Part shown: positions 50,960-58,582 of the stretch, piece by piece
Numbering within the stretch: position 1 is the first letter of the stretch
Layout of the letters: each line of letters starts with the position of its first letter
NCBI GenBank assembly: GCA_019244185.1
Contig: JAFATB010000023.1
Span: forward strand, 448,001-512,000
Source: Acidobacteriota bacterium
Lineage (GTDB): Bacteria; Acidobacteriota; Thermoanaerobaculia; Gp7-AA8
Direction: 5' to 3'
Length of the DNA stretch: 64,000 nt
Translations under genes and position numbers: made by a program
Notes under the pieces: generated by a model
Seen by the model: only the letters and a program-made list of their open reading frames with translations
What the model was told of the DNA's origin: nothing
Database searches by the model: none

Positions 50960-51715
50960 ATGTCCGACGTGCCGTTCACCCCCGAGCCGCCGTCTCCGGT
51001 GCCCCCTCCGCCGCCTCCGCCCACCGCGCCGGCAACGCAGGAGTTCGACTTCGTCAAGCCGTTCTCGTTCGTCTTCGACGATCCGCGCTGGGTGAACAAG
51101 ATCCTGCTCGGCGGTCTCTTTTATCTCGCCGGGTTTCTGCTCGTCGGCTGGTTCTTCATCCTCGGCTATGTCGCGCAGCTGATGCGCAACGTGATCCTCG
51201 GCCAGCCGCGGCCGCTTCCGGAATGGGACAACCTCAGCGACTACTTCGGCGAAGGCGCGCTGCTCTTCGCCGTCGGCTTCGTCTGGATGCTGCCGATCTT
51301 CGCGCTCGTCGGCATCATCATCGTGCCGGCGATCGTCAGCGGCGCGCTCGACGCGCACCACACCGCGGCGGCGCAGGCGGCGAGCTTCATGACCGCGGGC
51401 GTCACGGCCGTCTTCTCCTGTCTCATGGTGCCGCTCGGTCTGGCCGTCACGGTGTTCCTGCCGGCGTCGTTTCTCTTCGTCGTCGTCGAGCGGCGTTTCG
51501 GCGCGGCGTTCGAGTTCGCGCGCATCTGGGCGTTCATCCGCAACAATCTCGCGAACTATCTCCTGGCCGTCGTCGTGTATCTCATCGCGCGCTTCCTCGC
51601 GGGCTTCGGGATCGCGCTCTGCTGCATCGGCGTCGTCTTCACCGGCTTCTGGTCGTTCCTCATTACCGGCTACGCGTTCGCGCAGACGTATCGACTCGCC
51701 ACGACGCCGCGATGA
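50960..51715 (+). CDS. DUF4013-like membrane protein
   Basis: FSFVFDDPRWVNKILLGG, ILGY, LPEW; several TMs. Confidence 0.8.
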   Translation: MSDVPFTPEPPSPVPPPPPPPTAPATQEFDFVKPFSFVFDDPRWVNKILLGGLFYLAGFLLVGWFFILGYVAQLMRNVILGQPRPLPEWDNLSDYFGEGALLFAVGFVWMLPIFALVGIIIVPAIVSGALDAHHTAAAQAASFMTAGVTAVFSCLMVPLGLAVTVFLPASFLFVVVERRFGAAFEFARIWAFIRNNLANYLLAVVVYLIARFLAGFGIALCCIGVVFTGFWSFLITGYAFAQTYRLATTPR

Positions 51716-52173
51716 TGCGACGCGACACGAAGATCGTGTTCGCGCTCGTCGGCGCGGTGCCGGTGTCGATCCTCGCGGCGGCGACGTTGTGCTCGTGGGC
51801 GATCGCGCGCGGCGCGTCGATGCAGTGGCGCTTGCTGTTCCGCATGCTCTGTCACGGCATTCCGCGGCGCTGCTTCGAGCTGTTCGGCGCGCCGATGCCG
51901 ATCTGCGCGCGCTGCACCGGGATCTACATCGGGATGCTCGGCGGGATGTGCGCGTTTTTGCTCCTGCCGGCGGTGCGCGAACGGTTCGCGCGGATCGCTG
52001 CATTCGCGGCCGTGACGCCGCTCGCGATCGACGGTCTGACGCAGCTCGCGGGGCTGCGCGAGAGCGTGAATCCGCTGCGTCTCGCGACCGGTCTCGTCGC
52101 CGGTTTGGCCTTTGGATTCTGGATTTTGACCGCGGTCGAGCATCGCGATGACGCGCTGTTGACCAATCCTTGA
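51712..52173 (+). CDS. DUF2085-like membrane protein
   Basis: LCHGIPRRCF, MPICARCTGIY, PLAIDGLTQ, ESVNPLRLATG; ATGA overlap. Confidence 0.85.
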   Translation: MMRRDTKIVFALVGAVPVSILAAATLCSWAIARGASMQWRLLFRMLCHGIPRRCFELFGAPMPICARCTGIYIGMLGGMCAFLLLPAVRERFARIAAFAAVTPLAIDGLTQLAGLRESVNPLRLATGLVAGLAFGFWILTAVEHRDDALLTNP

Positions 52174-52198
52174 CCTGTCAAGATCGCTGGGTTACGCT
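52170..52198 (+). promoter_or_regulatory. Sigma70-type promoter for the DUF4388 gene
   Basis: TTGACC, 17-nt spacer, TACGCT. Confidence 0.55.
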
Positions 52199-52216
52199 TC
52201 AGCGACATCCAACGTC

Positions 52217-53026
52217 ATGGCATTCCAAGGCTCCCTCAAAGAACTGCCGTTGCCCGACATCATCCAGCTGGTGAGCGTGTCGGGAAAAACGGGCAAGTTC
52301 ACGCTCACACGCGACGGAGACCGCGGGTTCATCTACCTGAAAAACGGGCAGATGGTGCACGCCATCGTCGGCGATCTCATCGGCGAGGAAGCGATCTACT
52401 CGCTCGCCATCTGGAACCAGGGCGAGTTCCAGTTCAGCCCCGGTGAAGAGCCCGATCGCCAGACCATCACGAAGTCGAACACGAACCTGCTGATGGAAGC
52501 CGCGCGCCGCCTCGACGAGTGGCGCGTGCTGTCGAAGAAGATCCCGTCGGTCGATCACGTACCCGAGCTCCTCGCGCGCGAGAACCGCCACGAGCAGGTC
52601 ACGCTGAACCCGCACGAGTGGATGCTGATCACGAAGATCGACAGCCACCGTTCCATCGCCGAGATCGGCCGCGCGCTGAACCTCTCCTCGTTCGACGTCG
52701 CGAAAATCCTCTACGGGATGATCACGGGCGAACTGGTCCAGCTAAAAAAAAAAATTGATTTCGGCGACGACCGGGAAAACGGAGAGCTCGTCGACCTTGC
52801 CGCACGCATTCGCGCGGTAGCCGAGGAGTTCATCGGCGACAGCGCGCACAAGACGATCGAGAAACACTTCCTCCACGCCCTCGACTCGATCATGAACGGC
52901 AGCGGCCCCGGCGCCGTCGAGACGATGGTGCAGGAGTTCGAGAAAACCGCGTCGCTTCTGCGCGGCATCGCCGTGACCGAGAAGCTGCGGTCGCGCATCG
53001 CCGAAGTGCGGCAGCTGGCCAGCTGA
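52217..53026 (+). CDS. DUF4388 (PATAN-like) domain protein
   Basis: MAFQGSLKELPLPDIIQL..SGKTG, W..GEFQF, LLMEAARRLDEW; wHTH-like segment follows. Confidence 0.9.
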   Translation: MAFQGSLKELPLPDIIQLVSVSGKTGKFTLTRDGDRGFIYLKNGQMVHAIVGDLIGEEAIYSLAIWNQGEFQFSPGEEPDRQTITKSNTNLLMEAARRLDEWRVLSKKIPSVDHVPELLARENRHEQVTLNPHEWMLITKIDSHRSIAEIGRALNLSSFDVAKILYGMITGELVQLKKKIDFGDDRENGELVDLAARIRAVAEEFIGDSAHKTIEKHFLHALDSIMNGSGPGAVETMVQEFEKTASLLRGIAVTEKLRSRIAEVRQLAS

Positions 53027-53076
53027 CCACACGCGCCCGTTGTTAACCACTAGCCGTCCGGCGGGTTGTATCCGCC

Positions 53077-54690
53077 ATGAGCACGGCTCGCACCCTCGCC
53101 ATCCTCTTCATCGCCTTCACGGTTCGCGCTGACGTGACGGCGACGCTCGACGACTACTTCACGCGCGCCGCCGCGCACGGCTTCTCCGGCTCGGTGCTCG
53201 TCGCGCGCGGCGACGAGATCCTGCTGCGCAAAGGGTACGGACTCGCCGACCGGCGCGCGCGCATCGCCGCGACGCCGCGGACCGCGTACAACATCGCGTC
53301 GCTCGACAAGCAGTTCATCGCCGCGGCGATCCTGAAGCTCGAAGAGAGCGGGAAGCTCGCGACGACCGACACGCTCGCGCGCTTCTTCGACTTCGCTCCC
53401 GACGACAAGAAGAACATCACGCTGCATCAGCTGCTCTCGCACACCTCGGGACTGCCGAACGATTACTGGGACGAGCACGCGGAGCTCTCGCGCGAGCAGT
53501 TCGTGCGCTTCGTGCTCGCCCAGCCGCTCGAGAGCCGCCCCGGAACGGAGTGGAGCTACTCGAACTCCGCGTTCATCGTGCTGGAGCGGATCATCGAGCT
53601 CGCGTCCGGGGTCGCGTACGAGCGCTACCTGCACGACGCGCTCTTCGCGCCGGCCGGCATGGCGTACACCGGCTTTGCGATTCCGAAATTGAAGCCGCAT
53701 CAGGTGGCGCACTACGACTTCTGGACCGTCGACACGAAGTCGCTGCCCGGCGACGTCGCGTTCGACGATCCGCTCCAGCGCCCGCCCGCGCGGCGCGTGC
53801 TCCTCTCCAGCGTCGACGATCTCCGCGCGTGGCACCAGCAACTGCCGTCGCTCCTCGGCCGCGCCTCGCTCGCGAAGCTCTACACGCCGGTGATGAGCGA
53901 CTACGCGTACGGCTGGAACGTCGTGCGGACGACGCGCGGCACGCGGCTCATCCACCACGGCGGCTCCGACACGAACACCGGGATGCTCGTCACGTATCGC
54001 AACTACGCCGACGAAAACGTCTTCTTCGTCATCGCCACGAACAGCATGCAGCCGTCTCTCGTCTCCGATTACATGGCCGCCGACGTCGAGGCGATGCTCT
54101 TCGGCGGCGCGGTCACGTTCCCGCCCGCCGCGCGACCGAACCGCGACGCGCTCGCCGGCAAGTACGGCGCGTACGACGTCGTCGCCGTCGACGGCGGTCC
54201 GCTCGTGCTGCGCACCGAGGATCGCACGGCGATGCTGGAGCTTCGCTTTCCCTCCGCACCGGCGGCGCAGGACGACGCCGCGAACGACCTCGTGCGCGCG
54301 GCGTTCGCCGGCGACTCCGCGACGGTCCAGCGCGCGACGCACGCGGGCGACGCATTCATGCAAACCGTCCGCGAAGGCATCGCGCAGTGGAAGCAGGCGT
54401 ATGGAAACGTCACGAACATTCGCACCGTCGGGCAGCGCACGTTCGTCTTCGAGGCGGAGCCGGAGATCCAGTCGTACGTCCGCGTCGACTTCGAGCGCGG
54501 CGCCGAGATCCTGCGCGTCATCCACACCGGCGCGGGACTGCTACGCCTCGATCGTCTGAAGATGCCGCCGTTCCTCGAAATGGTCCTCGCGCCGGCCGGG
54601 CCGGGGAAGTGGACGACGTGGGACTTCAAGCTCGGCACCGGCGCGATCGTCAGCCGCGACGGCAGCCGGCTCGTGCTTCAGGGACAATGA
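53077..54690 (+). CDS. Secreted serine hydrolase, beta-lactamase/AmpC family
   Basis: FSGSVLVA, IASLDK (SxxK), LLSHTSG, YSN, HGG. Confidence 0.88.
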   Translation: MSTARTLAILFIAFTVRADVTATLDDYFTRAAAHGFSGSVLVARGDEILLRKGYGLADRRARIAATPRTAYNIASLDKQFIAAAILKLEESGKLATTDTLARFFDFAPDDKKNITLHQLLSHTSGLPNDYWDEHAELSREQFVRFVLAQPLESRPGTEWSYSNSAFIVLERIIELASGVAYERYLHDALFAPAGMAYTGFAIPKLKPHQVAHYDFWTVDTKSLPGDVAFDDPLQRPPARRVLLSSVDDLRAWHQQLPSLLGRASLAKLYTPVMSDYAYGWNVVRTTRGTRLIHHGGSDTNTGMLVTYRNYADENVFFVIATNSMQPSLVSDYMAADVEAMLFGGAVTFPPAARPNRDALAGKYGAYDVVAVDGGPLVLRTEDRTAMLELRFPSAPAAQDDAANDLVRAAFAGDSATVQRATHAGDAFMQTVREGIAQWKQAYGNVTNIRTVGQRTFVFEAEPEIQSYVRVDFERGAEILRVIHTGAGLLRLDRLKMPPFLEMVLAPAGPGKWTTWDFKLGTGAIVSRDGSRLVLQGQ

Positions 54691-54696
54691 CCGCCC

Positions 54697-55107
54697 ATGC
54701 GCGCGTATCAAGTCGACAATCTGATCGCCATCACCGCGTCGTTCTTCATCGTGCTGACGATCACGCTGATCGTGGTCCGCGCGTGGCGCCGCGCGTTCGA
54801 GGCGCAGCACGAGCTCCGGCGGCAGCTGATCGACCGCATTGCTCCGGACGACCTCGCGCGCATGCTCGAGAGTCCCGACCGCGCGCGCGTGATCGCGGCG
54901 CTCACCGGCAGCGGCGAGGCGTCCGGCGCATCCGGCGCCATCGGCCGCGGCCTCATGCTGCTGCTGATCGGCGCGGCCCTCGGCGTCTCCGCGGCGACGT
55001 CGCACCTTCCTCTCGTCGGGATCGCCGGCATGGTCGCGTTCGCGGCCGGACTCGCGCAGCTGATCGTCGGCGCGCTGATGAAACGCGAACGCGAACGGCA
55101 TTCGTGA
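54697..55107 (+). CDS. Small membrane protein upstream of ECF sigma
   Basis: Three hydrophobic helices; GTGA overlap with the sigma gene. Confidence 0.7.
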   Translation: MRAYQVDNLIAITASFFIVLTITLIVVRAWRRAFEAQHELRRQLIDRIAPDDLARMLESPDRARVIAALTGSGEASGASGAIGRGLMLLLIGAALGVSAATSHLPLVGIAGMVAFAAGLAQLIVGALMKRERERHS

Positions 55108-55559
55108 ACGAGCAGGAGCTCGAAGAGCTCTACCGCGCGACGGCGCCACGCCTGCGCCGCTACCTCGGCCGGCTCGTCGATCACGCGGACGATCTGACGC
55201 AGGAGACGTTCTATCGCTATCTGCGCGCCGGCTACACGGCGAGCGGCGAGGATCGAGTGCGCATTCTCTTCACCATCGCCACGAACCTCGCGCGCAATGC
55301 GTGGACACGAACGCGCACGCATGAGGAGTTGCACGAACGAACGCGCGCCGTCGACGCCGATCCGATCGAGCGCATCGATCTCATCGCGGCGCTACGGAAT
55401 CTCTCGCCGCGCGAACGGGCGCTGCTTTGGCTCACGCATGCCGAGGGCTACGAGCATCGCGAGGTTGCGCGCATGATGGGAATGGCACAGGCCAGCGTGC
55501 GCGTCCTGTTGTTTCGCGCGCGCAGGAAGCTCGCGCGGCTCATGGAGCGGGAACGATGA
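55104..55559 (+). CDS. ECF RNA polymerase sigma factor
   Basis: ADDLTQETF, LFTIATNLARN, LSPRER, EGYEHREVA, SVRVLLFRARRKL; GTG start 55104. Confidence 0.88.
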   Translation: MNEQELEELYRATAPRLRRYLGRLVDHADDLTQETFYRYLRAGYTASGEDRVRILFTIATNLARNAWTRTRTHEELHERTRAVDADPIERIDLIAALRNLSPRERALLWLTHAEGYEHREVARMMGMAQASVRVLLFRARRKLARLMERER

Positions 55560-55789
55560 TCGACCTCGACAAAGCATTCGCCGCACTGCCGCCCGCGGAA
55601 GCCGATCCCCGCGACAGCGGCACGGCGCGCGCGATCTGGCTTCGCGCGCGGATGGCTGCAATGGTCGAGGAAGACGCGCGCGCCGTGCGTCTCCGGCGGC
55701 TGCGGTTCGCGAGCGCCGCGCTGTTCGTCACGGCGATGGACGCGATCGCGCTGCTGGTCATCGCGTCGGTATTCACGACGAGCCGTTAA
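55556..55789 (+). CDS. Small membrane protein, putative anti-sigma factor
   Basis: ATGA overlap with the sigma gene; IWLRAR followed by a C-terminal TM. Confidence 0.6.
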   Translation: MIDLDKAFAALPPAEADPRDSGTARAIWLRARMAAMVEEDARAVRLRRLRFASAALFVTAMDAIALLVIASVFTTSR

Positions 55790-56202
55790 TCGAGCCGCCC
55801 GCGCAGTCGCTTCGTCTCGCCGCGCCGCTTCTTCTCCTCGATCCGCTTTTGCTTCGCCGCCCGTGACGGACGTGTTTTCTTCCGCGGCTTCTGCTCTTCG
55901 AGCGCGGCGCTGAGCAGGTCTTCCATGCGCGCGAGGGCGCGGTCGCGGTTCTCGCTCTGGCTGCGCGCGATCTGCGAGGTCACGCGCAGGACGCCGTCGC
56001 GGTTGATCCTCGATGCGAGACGCTCGCGCACGAGCGTTTTCTTCGCGTCGTCGAGCGGCAGGCGATCGACGTCGGCTTCGATCGTGACACGCGTCTCGAC
56101 CTTGTTCACGTTCTGGCCGCCGGGACCGCCGCTGCGCGAGGTCGTCACGCGCAGCAGGTCCGCGGGAACGACGGTGCCGTCGGCGAGGACGAGGTCTCTC
56201 AT
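55786..56202 (-). CDS. arfB: Alternative ribosome rescue factor ArfB (YaeJ)
   Basis: RSGGPGGQNVNKVET, RSQSENR, basic tail RKKTRPSRAAKQKR. Confidence 0.93.
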   Translation of the reverse strand: MRDLVLADGTVVPADLLRVTTSRSGGPGGQNVNKVETRVTIEADVDRLPLDDAKKTLVRERLASRINRDGVLRVTSQIARSQSENRDRALARMEDLLSAALEEQKPRKKTRPSRAAKQKRIEEKKRRGETKRLRGRLD

Positions 56203-57848
56203 CGCGTCACGCGGTGCAGCACGGCCTGTCCCGGTTTCGCGCCGGTGTGCTCGCCGTCGCGCAGCACCTGCGTGCCGTTGACGAACACGTCGACCATGCC
56301 CGTCGCGTACTGGAACGGCCGGTCGTACGTCGCGTGCGCGGCGACCGTCGCGGGATCGAAGACGACGACGTCGGCGTAGTTGCCGGCGCGCAGCAATCCA
56401 CGATCGGCGATGCCGAGGTTCGACGCCGGTAACGCCGTCAACCGCCGCACCGCTGCTTCGAGCGGGACGATCTGTTCGTCGCGCACGTACTTGCCGAGGA
56501 GGTTCGCGAAGTTGCCGTACTCGCGCGGATGCGTGCTGCTCTTGAGAAACACGCCCTCGGGCGCGGACGCCGCGGCATCGGAGCCGAAGCTCACCCACGG
56601 TTTGCGCAGTTCCTTGCGCAGATTGTCTTCGTCGATGATGAAGTAGACGGTGCCGATGGGACTCTCATCCTCGATCACGAGATCGACGATGGCGTCCTCG
56701 GCGGACACGCCGCGCATGCGCGCGACCTCCGCGAGCGTCTTGCCGGTGAGCGGCTTGAGCTTCTCGCTCTTGAAGCCGGTGAGCAGCACGCGCTCGGGCG
56801 AGCCGGAGAGCAGCAGCAGGTTCTCCCATGCGTCGCTCGGCGTGCGCATCTCGCGGATGACGCGCTCGCGCACGGCGGGATCCATGAGCCGCTGGCGCCA
56901 CGCCTTGAAGCCGCCTTCCTGCACCCACGGCGGCATCGTCGCGCCGAGCGAGGTGGCGCCGGCGGTGTACGTGTACATGTTCGCGGTGATGCGCTGCCCG
57001 CCGGCGCGCGCGGCCTCGATCTTCGCGAGCGTCGCGTCGAGCTTCGGCCAGTTCGCCTGACCGGCGGCCTTGAGGTGATAGATCTCGGCGGGGACGTTCG
57101 CTTCCCTTGCAATCGTCAGCAGTTCGTCGACCGCTTCGTCGAGGCGGTTGCCTTCGCTGCGCATGTGCGAGATGTACATGCCGCCGTACGGCGCGGCCGC
57201 CTTGCACAGTTCTACTAATTCCGTAGTTTTCGCGTAGAAGCCGGGCGGATAAATGAGCGCGCTGGCGATGCCGAACGCGCCGTCTTCCATCGCCTGGCGG
57301 ACGAGCGCGCGCATCTGATCGAGCTCCTGCGCGTTCGGCGCGCGATCGACTTCGCCGAGGACGTAGATGCGGACGGTGGTCGCACCGAGGAAGGAGGCGA
57401 CGTTCACGGAGACGCCGCGGCGGACGAGCGAGTCGAGATACTGACGCAGCGTCGTCCAGTCGACGGTGTACTTGATGTCGCCCTGCTGTTCCTGCGCGTC
57501 GCGCTTCATCGCGTCATTGAGCGGTCCCATCGACCACCCTTCGCCGAAGACTTCGAGCGTCACGCCCTGCTTCACGTCCGCCATCGCGCGGCCGTCGACG
57601 ATCAGCGACTCGGTGGCCCAGCTGAGCATGTTGATGAAGCCGGGCGCGACGGCGAGTCCGTGCACGTCGACCTCGCGCGCGGCGTGCCCGCGCACGTGGC
57701 CGATCGCGGCGATGCGCTGGCCGCGAATGGCGACGTCGCCGTGCACCGGCGGACCTCCGCTGCCGTCGTAGATCGTGCCGTTGCGGAGGATCGTGTCGTA
57801 GTGCGCGCAGGCGGGGAGGAGCAGCAGCAGGAAAAGCAGCTTGCGCAT
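56199..57848 (-). CDS. D-aminoacylase / N-acyl-D-amino-acid deacylase (amidohydrolase)
   Basis: VAPGFIN, SHMRSEG, IYHLK, GSD, HPREYG, ADVVVFDP. Confidence 0.9.
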   Translation of the reverse strand: MRKLLFLLLLLPACAHYDTILRNGTIYDGSGGPPVHGDVAIRGQRIAAIGHVRGHAAREVDVHGLAVAPGFINMLSWATESLIVDGRAMADVKQGVTLEVFGEGWSMGPLNDAMKRDAQEQQGDIKYTVDWTTLRQYLDSLVRRGVSVNVASFLGATTVRIYVLGEVDRAPNAQELDQMRALVRQAMEDGAFGIASALIYPPGFYAKTTELVELCKAAAPYGGMYISHMRSEGNRLDEAVDELLTIAREANVPAEIYHLKAAGQANWPKLDATLAKIEAARAGGQRITANMYTYTAGATSLGATMPPWVQEGGFKAWRQRLMDPAVRERVIREMRTPSDAWENLLLLSGSPERVLLTGFKSEKLKPLTGKTLAEVARMRGVSAEDAIVDLVIEDESPIGTVYFIIDEDNLRKELRKPWVSFGSDAAASAPEGVFLKSSTHPREYGNFANLLGKYVRDEQIVPLEAAVRRLTALPASNLGIADRGLLRAGNYADVVVFDPATVAAHATYDRPFQYATGMVDVFVNGTQVLRDGEHTGAKPGQAVLHRVTR

Positions 57849-57856
57849 GAAGCGTG

Positions 57857-57864
57857 AGTATAGT
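57857..57864. promoter_or_regulatory. Overlapping divergent -10 elements
   Basis: TATAGT (+, 57859-57864) and TATACT (-, 57857-57862) in the 26-nt gap between divergent ATGs. Confidence 0.55.
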
Positions 57865-57874
57865 GGCGCGCCTC

Positions 57875-58576
57875 ATGTGGACGATCGAGCCCTCATCCCT
57901 CGGCCGCATCGCCGTTCCTCCGCAAATCCCCGACGGCTTCGCCGTCTTCTGCACGACGCGCGACTATCCGGGGAAGATCGTCGCGGACGAGCTCACGCGC
58001 GCGATCGCCGAACGCTTCAGCATCGACGCGTCGCTCACGACGTGCGTGCAGGTGCATGGCGCGCATGTGGTGCGCGCGCGTCGCGAAAACGCGTGGCGTG
58101 AATGCGACTCCTGCGACGCGCTTTGGAGCGACGAAATGCATACCGCCCTCGGCATTAAGGTTGCAGATTGCCTCCCGGTCACGATGATCGATCCTCTGCA
58201 GCGCGTCATGGCCAACGTGCACTCCGGATGGCGCGGCGCGGTGCAGCGCATCACGGCGGAAACGCTCGACGCACTGACGCGCGAAACGCGGTTCGACGCG
58301 GCGCAATCCTTCGCGTATCTCGGCCCTTCGATCCGCGCCTGCTGCTTCGAAGTCGGCGAGGAAGTGGCGTCGCGGTTCGACGAGCAGTTCGTCGATCGCA
58401 GCCGCGCGAAGCCGCACGTCGACCTCGTCGCGTTCACCGCGGCGTTGCTGCGCGAGCGCGGCGTCACGCGCATCTCCGACTCCGAGCTCTGCACGCGCTG
58501 CGACGGTTCGATCTTTCATTCGTTTCGTCGTGACGGAAAGGGCGGCGGCCGCAATCTCATGCTCGTCGCGCAGTAA
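57875..58576 (+). CDS. pgeF: Peptidoglycan editing factor PgeF (YfiH)
   Basis: QVHG, KVADCLPV, VHSGWRG, GPSIRACCFEVG, CTRC, SFRRDG. Confidence 0.92.
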   Translation: MWTIEPSSLGRIAVPPQIPDGFAVFCTTRDYPGKIVADELTRAIAERFSIDASLTTCVQVHGAHVVRARRENAWRECDSCDALWSDEMHTALGIKVADCLPVTMIDPLQRVMANVHSGWRGAVQRITAETLDALTRETRFDAAQSFAYLGPSIRACCFEVGEEVASRFDEQFVDRSRAKPHVDLVAFTAALLRERGVTRISDSELCTRCDGSIFHSFRRDGKGGGRNLMLVAQ

Positions 58577-58582
58577 CGACCG

